A stretch of DNA of 64,000 bases. It comes from Promethearchaeota archaeon (GTDB taxonomy: Archaea; Asgardarchaeota; Lokiarchaeia; Sigyniarchaeales; SOKP01). Location: contig JALGVJ010000006.1 of NCBI GenBank assembly GCA_029838195.1, forward strand, positions 97,093 through 161,092. The letters run 5' to 3'. Both the position numbers and the translations under genes were made by a program. Below, piece by piece: positions 30,392 to 39,666 of the stretch (position 1 is the stretch's first letter; each line of letters starts with the position of its first letter). A model generated the notes under the pieces. The model was not told the origin of the DNA and searched no databases. It saw only the letters and a program-made list of their open reading frames with translations.

Positions 30392-32566
30392 ATGAACCGT
30401 ATTTGCCGGAAAAGAAGTATTCTATTCTGTCTCGTTGTACTTATTTTAATGGGTTTCTTAATAATTCCCGAATGGGGCAAAAAAAAAGAAATAATTGGTC
30501 CAGCTACGGCAAGTCAAGGAGTTAGTTTATTTACTGGAACGGAGACTAATGCCATTTCCATTAATGCAAGCGTATTGCCAAAAATAAATAATAGTGCGTT
30601 AAATTCTGCTTGGAAAGACACTACCATTGATATGATAATTATTACACCCGATAAATCTGGATTCATAAATGCCATTACTCCCCTCATGGAATGGAAAAAT
30701 CAAAAAGGCGTGACAACAATAATTTTATCTAATTTCTCTAAATATGAAGGGAAAGATACTTCGGAAAAAATTAGGAACATGATAAAATTCTATCATGAAA
30801 ATCATGGTACTCAATGGGTCTTACTGGCTGGCGATGCGGAAGAAGATTTAATTCCTATTAGAAAAGTATATAATCCGGACGTCGTGGAAGTTGGTCAAGG
30901 AGAAAGCGAATATGATGATTGGAGTGATTATTATAAACCTACCGATTTCTATTATGCGGATTTAGATGGTACGTGGGATGATAATGGAAATGGAAAATAT
31001 GGTGAATCCGCTCTCTATACAGGAAGTCAAGATGAGATAGAATGGACGCCTGATGTTTACGTGGGAAGATTTCCCGCAAGCAGTGCGAGTGACTTGGAAA
31101 AAATGGTAAATAAGACCCTCCAATATGAGAAGAATCCTTATGTGGGAACATGGATGAGTCGGATGTTATTAGCAGGAGGAGTTTCCTCCCTTTCGCCCTT
31201 GGAAGATGAGGCAAAATTAACAACGTATATTTGGCAACAACAAGTTCTTTCTGAAATGAATTTCACTCATTTATATCGCACGTCTTCTCCCTATGATCCT
31301 CCCACTCCTCCGGAGCCCAATCAACAACAGGGCTTGACGAGTAATAGCTTTAAAAATCATTTAAATCTGGGCTATTCTACTATTTTAATCGCGGGCCATG
31401 GCTTGCCCACCAAATTTAATGATTATTTTGGCGATATTTATACCAGTTCGGATACCAGCACTAATTATTACATGCCCTCCTTGATCTATTCGGACGCCTG
31501 CTCAACAGCCTCCTATGATAAAACTGACAACAATTTAGGAGAAATTCTTATTAAACGAGTAAATTCTGGCGCCATTGGATTCATTGGGGCCTTGAGAATC
31601 ACGTGGTATTTTGAAAATGATGAAGATTTTGAAATGCTAAATCGAGGAAATGCTAAATTATTCTGGGAAGAATTTTTCCTAAATGAAAAATATCAACCGG
31701 GAAGAGCCTTATATGATTCAAAAGTAGCCTACATGAATAGTTCTTACTTCACGGAAGGAAGAGCCTCCATGAATGATGAGTGGGAGAGAAAAAACGTGTT
31801 ATCCTATTGTTTATTAGGAGATCCCGAGATAGACATTTACACGGATCTTCCCATCGGCATAAAAAACCCCTTTAAGGGAACGATTTATGAATGCGAGCGG
31901 CTGTCGGTGGTGATCAGAAATGAGCGAAATGAAATCGTTCCGGATGCAAGAGTGCACATCTATACTGCTGATGGATATTCCCGAACTTTTTATTCAGATG
32001 CTCAAGGAAGAATTGAATTTCAATTACCTGCTGGAAGAAAATTATATAACGTGACCATTACCGGTCATGATATCCTTGCGTCCCACTTCAATTTTCGCAC
32101 TACCTCCGATAAGATCTCTCCAGAATGCGAAAATCCCATTCTCCAGCCTGTAAATCCCACGGTCTCCGATAATATAACTTTAGGAATCAACGCCGAAGAT
32201 CTACAAACGGGTATTGAAAGTGTTCATGCCGTGCTCTCCAGCGATAATTTCAAGAGTTATACTCTCCATGAATTACACCATGCCTCTAACAATTCTAATG
32301 ATGATTATTATCAAGGTAATATCGATAAATTAAAACCCGGAGAATACTCCATCTTAATATTAGCTCGAGATTTCGCCAATAATACCGAAATATATTACAA
32401 CCAATCCCTCATCCTCTCCATTCCAACCCCTATCATTCAACACGTGTTAAATAACTCGGTATATTTCATGTTTGGCTTTTTAGCACTCTCGCTCTATCTA
32501 ATTTATCACCACCTTAAAGCGTTCAAGAGATTTCAAGAAGAACTACCGGAAACCTCAACACCATGA
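30392..32566 (+). CDS. Peptidase C25 (gingipain family), membrane-anchored
   Basis: WVLLAGD, TDFYYADLDG, VGRFP, His-Cys dyad (AGHG, DACST), LLGDP; N- and C-terminal TM segments. Confidence 0.9.
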   Translation: MNRICRKRSILFCLVVLILMGFLIIPEWGKKKEIIGPATASQGVSLFTGTETNAISINASVLPKINNSALNSAWKDTTIDMIIITPDKSGFINAITPLMEWKNQKGVTTIILSNFSKYEGKDTSEKIRNMIKFYHENHGTQWVLLAGDAEEDLIPIRKVYNPDVVEVGQGESEYDDWSDYYKPTDFYYADLDGTWDDNGNGKYGESALYTGSQDEIEWTPDVYVGRFPASSASDLEKMVNKTLQYEKNPYVGTWMSRMLLAGGVSSLSPLEDEAKLTTYIWQQQVLSEMNFTHLYRTSSPYDPPTPPEPNQQQGLTSNSFKNHLNLGYSTILIAGHGLPTKFNDYFGDIYTSSDTSTNYYMPSLIYSDACSTASYDKTDNNLGEILIKRVNSGAIGFIGALRITWYFENDEDFEMLNRGNAKLFWEEFFLNEKYQPGRALYDSKVAYMNSSYFTEGRASMNDEWERKNVLSYCLLGDPEIDIYTDLPIGIKNPFKGTIYECERLSVVIRNERNEIVPDARVHIYTADGYSRTFYSDAQGRIEFQLPAGRKLYNVTITGHDILASHFNFRTTSDKISPECENPILQPVNPTVSDNITLGINAEDLQTGIESVHAVLSSDNFKSYTLHELHHASNNSNDDYYQGNIDKLKPGEYSILILARDFANNTEIYYNQSLILSIPTPIIQHVLNNSVYFMFGFLALSLYLIYHHLKAFKRFQEELPETSTP

Positions 32567-32687
32567 ATGGTGTTAACCGGTTATCCCCTTGTGTAAAAAT
32601 TATTTGCCTTGAACATCACGATTTCGTCCTTTCCTCTTTCTTGATCATGACAAGGTCTCCCCTTACCTCAATTATTTATCGCACGGG

Positions 32688-32702
32688 ATAAAGTTTAATA
32701 AA
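32688..32702 (+). promoter_or_regulatory. BRE/TATA promoter for the 5S rRNA precursor
   Basis: ATAAAG followed by TTTAATAAA (32694-32702), about 35 nt upstream of the precursor stem. Confidence 0.55.
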
Positions 32703-32736
32703 TATCATGTATTTTAATCCTCATAATAATTACCAC

Positions 32737-32909
32737 ACTACACGGCACTTAGCAAGCGTCTGGAAGTTAAACCTTTTCGCGTTGATTCAGTACTGCGATT
32801 GAAAATTCGTGGGAAATATCAAATCTGTAAATTCGTTTACGGTCATAGCGAAGAGGGATAATACCTGGTCCCATCCCGAACCCAGAAAACGCTGGAACTG
32901 TCGTGTGGT
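32737..32909 (+). other. 5S rRNA precursor processing stem with bulge-helix-bulge-like motif
   Basis: Outer stem 32737-32747/32899-32909; AGCGT(32755-59)/ACGCT(32889-93); central 4-bp CTGG(32760-63)/CCAG(32882-85); bulges AAG(32764-66) and AAA(32886-88). Confidence 0.8.
32766..32887 (+). rRNA. rrf: 5S rRNA, circularly permuted gene (3' half 32766-32831, UUCG linker 32832-32835, 5' half 32836-32887)
   Basis: Loop C CCCATCCCGAAC, CATAGC, GTTAA, loop E AGTA/GAA, and helices I-V can all be formed, but with the halves in swapped order. Confidence 0.92.
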
Positions 32910-32932
32910 AAAAATTCCTTTCATTTTAAAGA

Positions 32933-32975
32933 TTTTTATATATTTTTTTCTCATAAAGTGTATCTTTCTTTTTTC
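32933..32975 (+). terminator. Oligo-T tracts downstream of the 5S precursor
   Basis: T5, T7 (32943-32949) and T6 runs follow the precursor stem. Confidence 0.45.
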
Positions 32976-33141
32976 CCAAATATTTTTTAGATGCGTATCT
33001 AGAGTTATTGAATTTAAAGAGGATAAGAATATTTATTTAAGAATAAAATATAAAAACCAATGAATTTAACGTGAATGCTTAATTATTAAACGATAATAAT
33101 AATCAAGTCCGAGAAAAAATGCCGTTAGAAAGGGCCTTTTC

Positions 33142-33654
33142 ATGTCAAACAAAGTAATTATATTTTTTAAATCCATGGGAAGATATTGGTTTCTTTTCTT
33201 ACTTCTTGCTTCCCTCATCGTCTTGTTTTATCATCAACAAGCAGCCTTTATCATGGGTATTATCACGGTTAGCCTTTACTTTCTTTCATTCATGCCTTCT
33301 CTGATTTTTCGGTTTCGCCTCTTAAAAAAAATGAAAAAACACGCAAAAATCGATGATGTCACGTTAGCCAGAATTTCTAAAAAACGCCTTAAGAAAATAA
33401 AAAATTTAATGTTTAAACTGGCAAACCATCAAGAAAAAAAGAGATGGTTGATAATTTATTTTAATAAAAGCTACGTGTTTTATGCTCCTTCCACCGTCAA
33501 GAAAATTAGAGAGCTTCTTCTTGAAGAGGGGGAAAAAAAAGATGAATCGCAAATCTTAAGCAAGTTAAAAGCGCATGATATTAAATCGAAAGAAGAATTA
33601 AGAGCAATTAAAGAAACTCTCATGAAGTTTAAAAAATTAGGGAACAATAAATAA
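33142..33654 (+). CDS. Hypothetical membrane protein
   Basis: Two N-terminal TM helices followed by a basic soluble domain. Confidence 0.7.
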   Translation: MSNKVIIFFKSMGRYWFLFLLLASLIVLFYHQQAAFIMGIITVSLYFLSFMPSLIFRFRLLKKMKKHAKIDDVTLARISKKRLKKIKNLMFKLANHQEKKRWLIIYFNKSYVFYAPSTVKKIRELLLEEGEKKDESQILSKLKAHDIKSKEELRAIKETLMKFKKLGNNK

Positions 33655-33694
33655 AAGGAAAAGGGAAAGGAAAAAAATAAGCAAGAAAGGGTTC

Positions 33695-34168
33695 TTAAGC
33701 CTTTTTCTTCTTTCTTTTAACTGTTTCTTGAAACTCAAGCAATAAACCAAGAGTATCTTCGGTATCGAAATAAGCAAATCGCTGCTTTCCAATCTGCCCT
33801 TGGTTAATCACATCAAATCCACATCGTTTAAATTCTTCAATGTAGGGATCTAACTCATCGACGAAGAAACTCACGTGCTGGAGTCCTTCTCTTCCTTCAT
33901 CTAAAAAATCTTTATAAATGCACTCACCTTCTTTCCATTCAATTAATTCTATTTGCATGTCAAAAAATCGACTGAATCCCAATTTCAGATTAATTTGCGA
34001 TTTTACGTCCCGATTCATGATCTCATGTCTCACATCATCCATGAAGGTAAATTTCGGCATGCCATAGATCTCTTCCATGAGCTTTGCTTTACTCTCGATA
34101 TCCTTGAACACGAATCCTAATTGAGCAATTTTTAATTCTCCGAGGTTTAAATTTAATTTTTTTTTCAT
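33695..34168 (-). CDS. VOC family protein (glyoxalase / methylmalonyl-CoA epimerase-like)
   Basis: QLGFVFKDIE, QIELIE, EGLQHVSFFV, LLEFQE; start placed at the internal Met (ORF track extends to 34243). Confidence 0.85.
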   Translation of the reverse strand: MKKKLNLNLGELKIAQLGFVFKDIESKAKLMEEIYGMPKFTFMDDVRHEIMNRDVKSQINLKLGFSRFFDMQIELIEWKEGECIYKDFLDEGREGLQHVSFFVDELDPYIEEFKRCGFDVINQGQIGKQRFAYFDTEDTLGLLLEFQETVKRKKKKA

Positions 34169-34350
34169 GATATTTTTCCCTTCATTCATTTTATTAAGTA
34201 AAATGATATCAAGCATTCTTTTTATATTGATGCGTTTTGGCATGTCTTCTTTCGATTATTTTTTTTTTGGCCGTTGAAAAACGAAATTTTTAATATTCTT
34301 CACCTCATATGTTCATTCATTTAATAATAAATTATTTGCAAGTGAAGTGA

Positions 34351-35562
34351 ATGATCGAATTAAAAACTCATCAAAATTTTCGATATCTCATTTTTGCGAT
34401 TATTTACGTCCATCAAGGGTTCATAGAGGTGTTCATGGCTATTTACATGTCCCTTTATTTAACCAGCCATGGCGTTAGCATCCTATACGTTGGCTTGACT
34501 TTAACCATTGGAAACTCGCCATGGATCGTAAAGATCTTTTATGGCATTCTCTCGGACAGGAAAAAAATAGGGAGAATGGGCAGGAGAATTCCTTACATGA
34601 TCATTGGAAGCATTGCCGCCGCCATATTATTTTTCTTGTTAATTCCTGTAAATCCTCTCTCGAATTGGGCGATTTTCGTATTGTTGATTGCCTTAGCTAA
34701 TTTTTTTAATGCCGTTGCGGATACTTCTACTGATGGCCTGGTCGTAGATACCACGCCCCCCGAAAAGAGCGGTTCAGCCCAGAGTGTATGTTGGGGAAGT
34801 AAATTCGTGGGATATTTAATTGCCTCCATTTTAGTAGGCTTTATCGTGGAATTATTTAGTTGGAGCATTTATTTCATTTTCATGGGATTATTCTTGCTCA
34901 TCCCCATGCCCTTATTATTTATTGCTCAAGAGCCACCCTATGAAATTCCGGAACGATTCCCATGGAACGATCTAAAAGAAACGTTTAAAAAGAGACTCGT
35001 GTGGATCGTGGTGGCCATGTTCATCCTCTCGGAAACGGGATTATATTGCGTCTTATCCATGTTACCGCTTTTTTTATCCTTGGATCTCGGATTAAACATT
35101 AGTATGGTGGGAATCGTCATGTCATTAGGAAGTGCTGGCTTCTTGACCGGATGTCTCATTTCAGGACCGTTGTTAGACAAGCTTTCCCGTCGAATGAGCA
35201 TTGGATTTTCCATGACTTTTCTTGCCTTGATGTTGTTTATTGTTTCTCTGGTTCAAGGGCTTTTGATGGCGTTTATTATCGTGGTAATTGCGGGAATTGC
35301 TTGGGGTTTTCTTCAAATCGCAGAAATGATTCTTTCCATGGATTTATGCAAGCCTTCCATTAGTGCTACCATGTTTTCCGTGTACATGAGCATCATCAAC
35401 ATTGGAATCATGCTAGGGCCTCTATTGGGTGCCGTGTTAGTCGAAACCGTCAGTTTTCGCCCTACTTTCATCATTGCAGCGCTCATCGTGCTTTCTAACA
35501 TCATTTTCATCATTTTCATTAAAGGCACGGAAACCCTCTTTAAAAAAGAGATTGCCATTTAA
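34351..35562 (+). CDS. MFS transporter (AmpG/BT1-like)
   Basis: About 12 TM helices; PWIVKIFYGILSDR...GRRIPY, DTSTDGLVVD, GPLLDKLSRR. Confidence 0.9.
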   Translation: MIELKTHQNFRYLIFAIIYVHQGFIEVFMAIYMSLYLTSHGVSILYVGLTLTIGNSPWIVKIFYGILSDRKKIGRMGRRIPYMIIGSIAAAILFFLLIPVNPLSNWAIFVLLIALANFFNAVADTSTDGLVVDTTPPEKSGSAQSVCWGSKFVGYLIASILVGFIVELFSWSIYFIFMGLFLLIPMPLLFIAQEPPYEIPERFPWNDLKETFKKRLVWIVVAMFILSETGLYCVLSMLPLFLSLDLGLNISMVGIVMSLGSAGFLTGCLISGPLLDKLSRRMSIGFSMTFLALMLFIVSLVQGLLMAFIIVVIAGIAWGFLQIAEMILSMDLCKPSISATMFSVYMSIINIGIMLGPLLGAVLVETVSFRPTFIIAALIVLSNIIFIIFIKGTETLFKKEIAI

Positions 35563-35879
35563 GACAATTAAAAATGAAATAATATAAATACATATCAAAT
35601 GAGATGATATAAATTTATATCAAGTAGACCAATAACTTCCCTCTTTTTTTTTTTTATTGCCATTCTTTCCCCGGCAACAGCCGTTTTTTTGAGCAAGAGA
35701 GGAAAACAGGAAAAATCATGAAACCTCGTATTAATAGCTCTTGGTGCGAAAACATATTGCTAACGCTTCAATGCCTCATTTCTCGGAAAAAATAAAATAT
35801 CATCAATAAATACCATTAAAAAAGGATTAAAAAAAAGAAATTATAGAATAAAATCACGAAGGAAAATAAAAAAAAACCT

Positions 35880-36164
35880 TTAAATTTTATCTATATCTAA
35901 ATCTCCGAAATTGTAATATTTCCTCACGGGCTTCTTGACTTTCCACGTGCATTTTAACCCCTTGGGAAATTGAACAAGATCCCCCTTCTTAAATTCAATT
36001 TTCTCCCCATTTTCAGCAATGACTTCGACCTCACCATCTAAAATATAACATGTCTCCGTGTCGCCATAGGACCACGGAAATTCACTGACTTCCTTCTCCC
36101 ATACTCCCCACGATTCCACGTTTAATTTTTTTAATTCTTCTTCCGTTGGCTTTTTCTTTTTCAT
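35880..36164 (-). CDS. Cupin_3 (DUF861) protein
   Basis: WGVWEKE...ETCYILDGEV...GDLVQFPKG..CTW.V...VRKYY. Confidence 0.88.
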   Translation of the reverse strand: MKKKKPTEEELKKLNVESWGVWEKEVSEFPWSYGDTETCYILDGEVEVIAENGEKIEFKKGDLVQFPKGLKCTWKVKKPVRKYYNFGDLDIDKI

Positions 36165-36264
36165 GGTTTTTACCTCTTTTTAAAAATCATGCTTGAAGTG
36201 TTTTTCTCTTGCTTTAATAATAATAAATCTCCCCATTCTTATAATTTTTTCCCTTTCCCGTGTC

Positions 36265-36723
36265 TCACGTGAAATCTATCTCCAATTTTTTCTCTTGCCG
36301 CAAATAAATGAGATTGACCTTGACTTCACGAGCTTGTTTTCGCAACCTCTTATCATTCGTGGCAAGAAACACTCGTAAATTCGCCGATTTTAATTCCTTT
36401 ACCTTGCGAAGCAAGAACTCATCCGTTATCTCTTCTGCCATCTTTCTCTCTTTGGACTCAACGCAAATGTCATAGCGAGATTTCATTTCCTCCAAATACC
36501 TCAACCCCGCATCATACTGCAAGGCAAATTTCCTTCCCTTCCACCTTCTTCGTTTCGAATTTAACTCATCCAAGACCTGCTGATATATAATAAATCGAAC
36601 AGAGCCTTCTAATTTATCCTCAATCTCTTCTAAATAATTAATCCTATATTGAAAAGGGAGTAAAATAAAATTAGAATCAACAACAACAAGATTTATTGGC
36701 TCTTTCTTTCCTCTTTGCCTCAT
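36265..36723 (-). CDS. PIN domain protein (Fcf1/Utp24-like)
   Basis: VVDSNF, VLDEL, TDEFL, LATNDKRLR. Confidence 0.85.
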   Translation of the reverse strand: MRQRGKKEPINLVVVDSNFILLPFQYRINYLEEIEDKLEGSVRFIIYQQVLDELNSKRRRWKGRKFALQYDAGLRYLEEMKSRYDICVESKERKMAEEITDEFLLRKVKELKSANLRVFLATNDKRLRKQAREVKVNLIYLRQEKKLEIDFT

Positions 36724-36752
36724 TGTCGTTCAAGCGTGCACGTGTTCATGTC

Positions 36753-37274
36753 TCATGGGTTTAAACGCTCCAATATCTTTTCCGTTATTTTCTTGAACAC
36801 GAGCTCCACGTTCTCGCCCGTCTTCGAAGATACTTTCACGTAATCAAACAAATTATATTGCTCCAAAAAAGAACGGGCATAATCATCATCTACCATGATT
36901 TCATCCACTAAATCTAACTTAGTCCCGACAAATAATATTGGTAAATTTGGATCATGTTTCCGACAAATGCTTACCCATTCGCCCAAATTATCCAATGTCA
37001 TCGGGCGCGTGAGATCGAACATGAGCAAGGCACCTTTCGCCCCCAAGACATAATTTTCTAATAAAAAGCGGAATCGCTCTTGTCCTCCAAAATCCCATAG
37101 CTGGAGGGTGCAGTTGGCATCGCCCATCTCTATTTCCTGGAGGAAAAATTCCACTCCTATTGTCATTTTCGTGTCTTGAACGAATGAATTCGTGACATAC
37201 CGGTGTAAAAGCGTGGTTTTTCCCACGCCACCTTCACCAGCTGTCAAAATCTTCAAAATAAATTTTTTGGGCAT
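36753..37274 (-). CDS. Rab-like small GTPase
   Basis: GEGGVGKT, TIGVEF, WDFGGQERF, TKLD, SSK. Confidence 0.95.
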   Translation of the reverse strand: MPKKFILKILTAGEGGVGKTTLLHRYVTNSFVQDTKMTIGVEFFLQEIEMGDANCTLQLWDFGGQERFRFLLENYVLGAKGALLMFDLTRPMTLDNLGEWVSICRKHDPNLPILFVGTKLDLVDEIMVDDDYARSFLEQYNLFDYVKVSSKTGENVELVFKKITEKILERLNP

Positions 37275-37976
37275 CAGTTAGAAAGAAATTTTATTTTCGA
37301 TTAAATTCTTTTTGATTATTCCTCTTGAAATAAATTTTAAATGGGAGCACGATATTATAATTTTTTTCTTTTTAAGAATATACATGCTTTTTCAAGATAT
37401 ATATGGAGAAATTTAAGATTATAATAAATCTTTTTTCATATTGATTTAATTCTTTATAAATTTATAATAAGGTTTGTCATTATAAATATATTCAATTAAT
37501 TAATTTCTTAATAAATGAACGAATCCTTCATATCATGCACGTATCGAAAAAGGTCAAGTGCGCTTTAGAGAGGCGATTTTTCTTTAGCTCAAAAGCCATT
37601 ATCCAACAGAAGAAAAAAATTCAAGTTGCGTGGGCTAAAAAATGATTCTATGTACGTCCCCTTGGAAAAAATTTAAAGCTAAAGCTATAATTCATTTATC
37701 CCATCATTAATAGGTAATAAATAGAGCTAACATTTCTCAACATGGTTTCTTTTGAAGAAAGATCTGAACATTAAATCTTGAGAAAAAATGATCATGATTC
37801 CTAATCTTACGATCCCCTCTAAAGAGCTCAAGAGAATGAAGAGTCAGCCCATTGGAGGGATAGTTATCAAAATATAAACATTTTTCTATTTTAACTTTTT
37901 TTTAGATATCATAATATACTCATTTTTATTTTTATTAAATTCATGAAAAATTCGACTCGTGAAATAGAAAAATATC

Positions 37977-38498
37977 ATGCCGAAACCGATCGTTCTTAAA
38001 ATAATCTTGGCGGGAGATGGAGGAACAGGAAAAACTACTCTGCTACATCGATATATTTCTTCAAAATTTATTGAAAACTTAAAAATGACCATTGGGGTTG
38101 AATTTTTCTTGCAAGAACTTATAATGAACGATAAAAACGTTGTATTGCAGATCTGGGACTTCGGAGGGCAGGATCGATTCCGTTTTCTGCTGGAAAAATA
38201 TGTATTGGGTGCAAAAGGTGCCTTGCTCATGTTCGATCTCACGCGTCCGATGACACTTGAAAGCATTGAGGATTGGGTTCGCATTTTACGAAAATATGAT
38301 TCGAATCTTCCCATAATATTTATAGGGTCAAAGTTAGATTTAATGGACAAGAGCATGATCGATGAGGAATATATTGATGATTTAAGGGAGCAATTTAAAT
38401 TATCCGATTATATCAAGGTATCCTCGAAAACGGGAGAGAACGTGGAACTTGCGTTCAAGAAATTAACTGAAAAGATAATATATCGTTTAGGAATTTAA
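37977..38498 (+). CDS. Rab-like small GTPase (paralog of 36753-37274)
   Basis: GDGGTGKT, TIGVEF, WDFGGQDRF, SKLD, SSK. Confidence 0.95.
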   Translation: MPKPIVLKIILAGDGGTGKTTLLHRYISSKFIENLKMTIGVEFFLQELIMNDKNVVLQIWDFGGQDRFRFLLEKYVLGAKGALLMFDLTRPMTLESIEDWVRILRKYDSNLPIIFIGSKLDLMDKSMIDEEYIDDLREQFKLSDYIKVSSKTGENVELAFKKLTEKIIYRLGI

Positions 38499-38695
38499 CA
38501 AAAAGGGGGATAAATTCCTTCTTTGGAAGGATATTAAAAGAAAGGTTTATCTTATTTTTGGATTTTTAGCAAGAAGCGTGTTTTAATGGGCAAAAGGTTT
38601 CTTGTTATTCAAGCATCATGGGGGAGGGGTATATATAAATTTATTATTGGGAGCAAATTATTATTAATAAAAACTCATGAAGAGAGGTTAAATTC

Positions 38696-39034
38696 ATGAA
38701 GAGAGTACATGAAAAAGATATTGAATATAGAAAGAAGACATCGGGCGTAAAATATCTCATGCGGGGGCCGAGCATCGATTGGGGAATCATTTTATTGAAG
38801 CCGGGGGAGTACATGGGGGGAAAACCTCACGGGCACAAGTACATTGATGAGACCTTTTATTTCGTGGAAGGTGATGGAGTTATGATCGTGGATGGAAAAG
38901 AATATCCGGCGCCCGAGGGCAGTGTTTTTCTGGTCGAGCCTGGGGAAATGCATGACATTCGAAATGATTCTTCTAAAGATATCAAGATCATTTTTATCAA
39001 GGGCGAATATCGACCGGATGATAAGATTGAATGA
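38696..39034 (+). CDS. Cupin domain protein
   Basis: PHGHKYIDETFYFVEG...PGEMHDI metal-binding cupin motifs. Confidence 0.88.
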   Translation: MKRVHEKDIEYRKKTSGVKYLMRGPSIDWGIILLKPGEYMGGKPHGHKYIDETFYFVEGDGVMIVDGKEYPAPEGSVFLVEPGEMHDIRNDSSKDIKIIFIKGEYRPDDKIE

Positions 39035-39132
39035 TGAAGAAAGAGTGAATGATTGATGATTTAAAATGGAAGTTTGAAACCGGAAAAGGAATGATAAATA
39101 ATAAAATGTATCCATTCTTTTATTAAGATATC

Positions 39133-39495
39133 ATGCCAAAAAAGAAACGAAGAAAAGGAGCGGAAGAACCGGTAATTCGAAGGGTGAAGCTTCCTAACAG
39201 GAGCATTGGCGAAATGTTTGCCCGGGTGGTGGACATTTATGGCAACGACAGGATGCGCGTGTTTTGCGAGGATGGCAAGCATCGAATTGGCAGGATTCGG
39301 GGGAAGATAAAAAAACGGGTGTGGATTCGGAAAGGAGACTTGGTGATCGTTAATCCGTGGGAATTTGAAACCGAAACTGCCGATAAATTGGGAAAATGCG
39401 AGATCACGTGGCGATATCCCAATGCGGAGATCTCGTGGTTGGAACGGAATAATCGCATTCCGGAGATCTTGGATATCAATAACGTGCCTTTATGA
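39133..39495 (+). CDS. eif1a: Translation initiation factor aIF-1A
   Basis: RVFCEDGKHRIGRIRGKIKKRVWIRKGDLVIVNPW...ITWRY. Confidence 0.95.
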   Translation: MPKKKRRKGAEEPVIRRVKLPNRSIGEMFARVVDIYGNDRMRVFCEDGKHRIGRIRGKIKKRVWIRKGDLVIVNPWEFETETADKLGKCEITWRYPNAEISWLERNNRIPEILDINNVPL

Positions 39496-39666
39496 AGAGG
39501 AGGGAGGCTTTTCGGCATTTTTCTTCCCATGAAATTATGAAAAAGGAAGAAACTTCAAGGAGCCCTTGAGAGAAGAAAAGCACAAATTTTATTATTTAGA
39601 ATTACCTATTATTACTTGATTCTTTTTTTATGAATTTTTAACCCATCCCAAATTCAAATAGGAAGT

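Noticed and set aside
32836-32887. Reading the locus as a truncated 5S pseudogene or two partial tandem copies
   Set aside because: The halves are exactly complementary with no missing segment, are joined by a UUCG-capped helix I, and are bracketed by a BHB-like stem giving the precise junction.
32809-33063. 84-aa ORF in the track
   Set aside because: Overlaps the permuted 5S rRNA and its T-rich terminator region; not protein-like.
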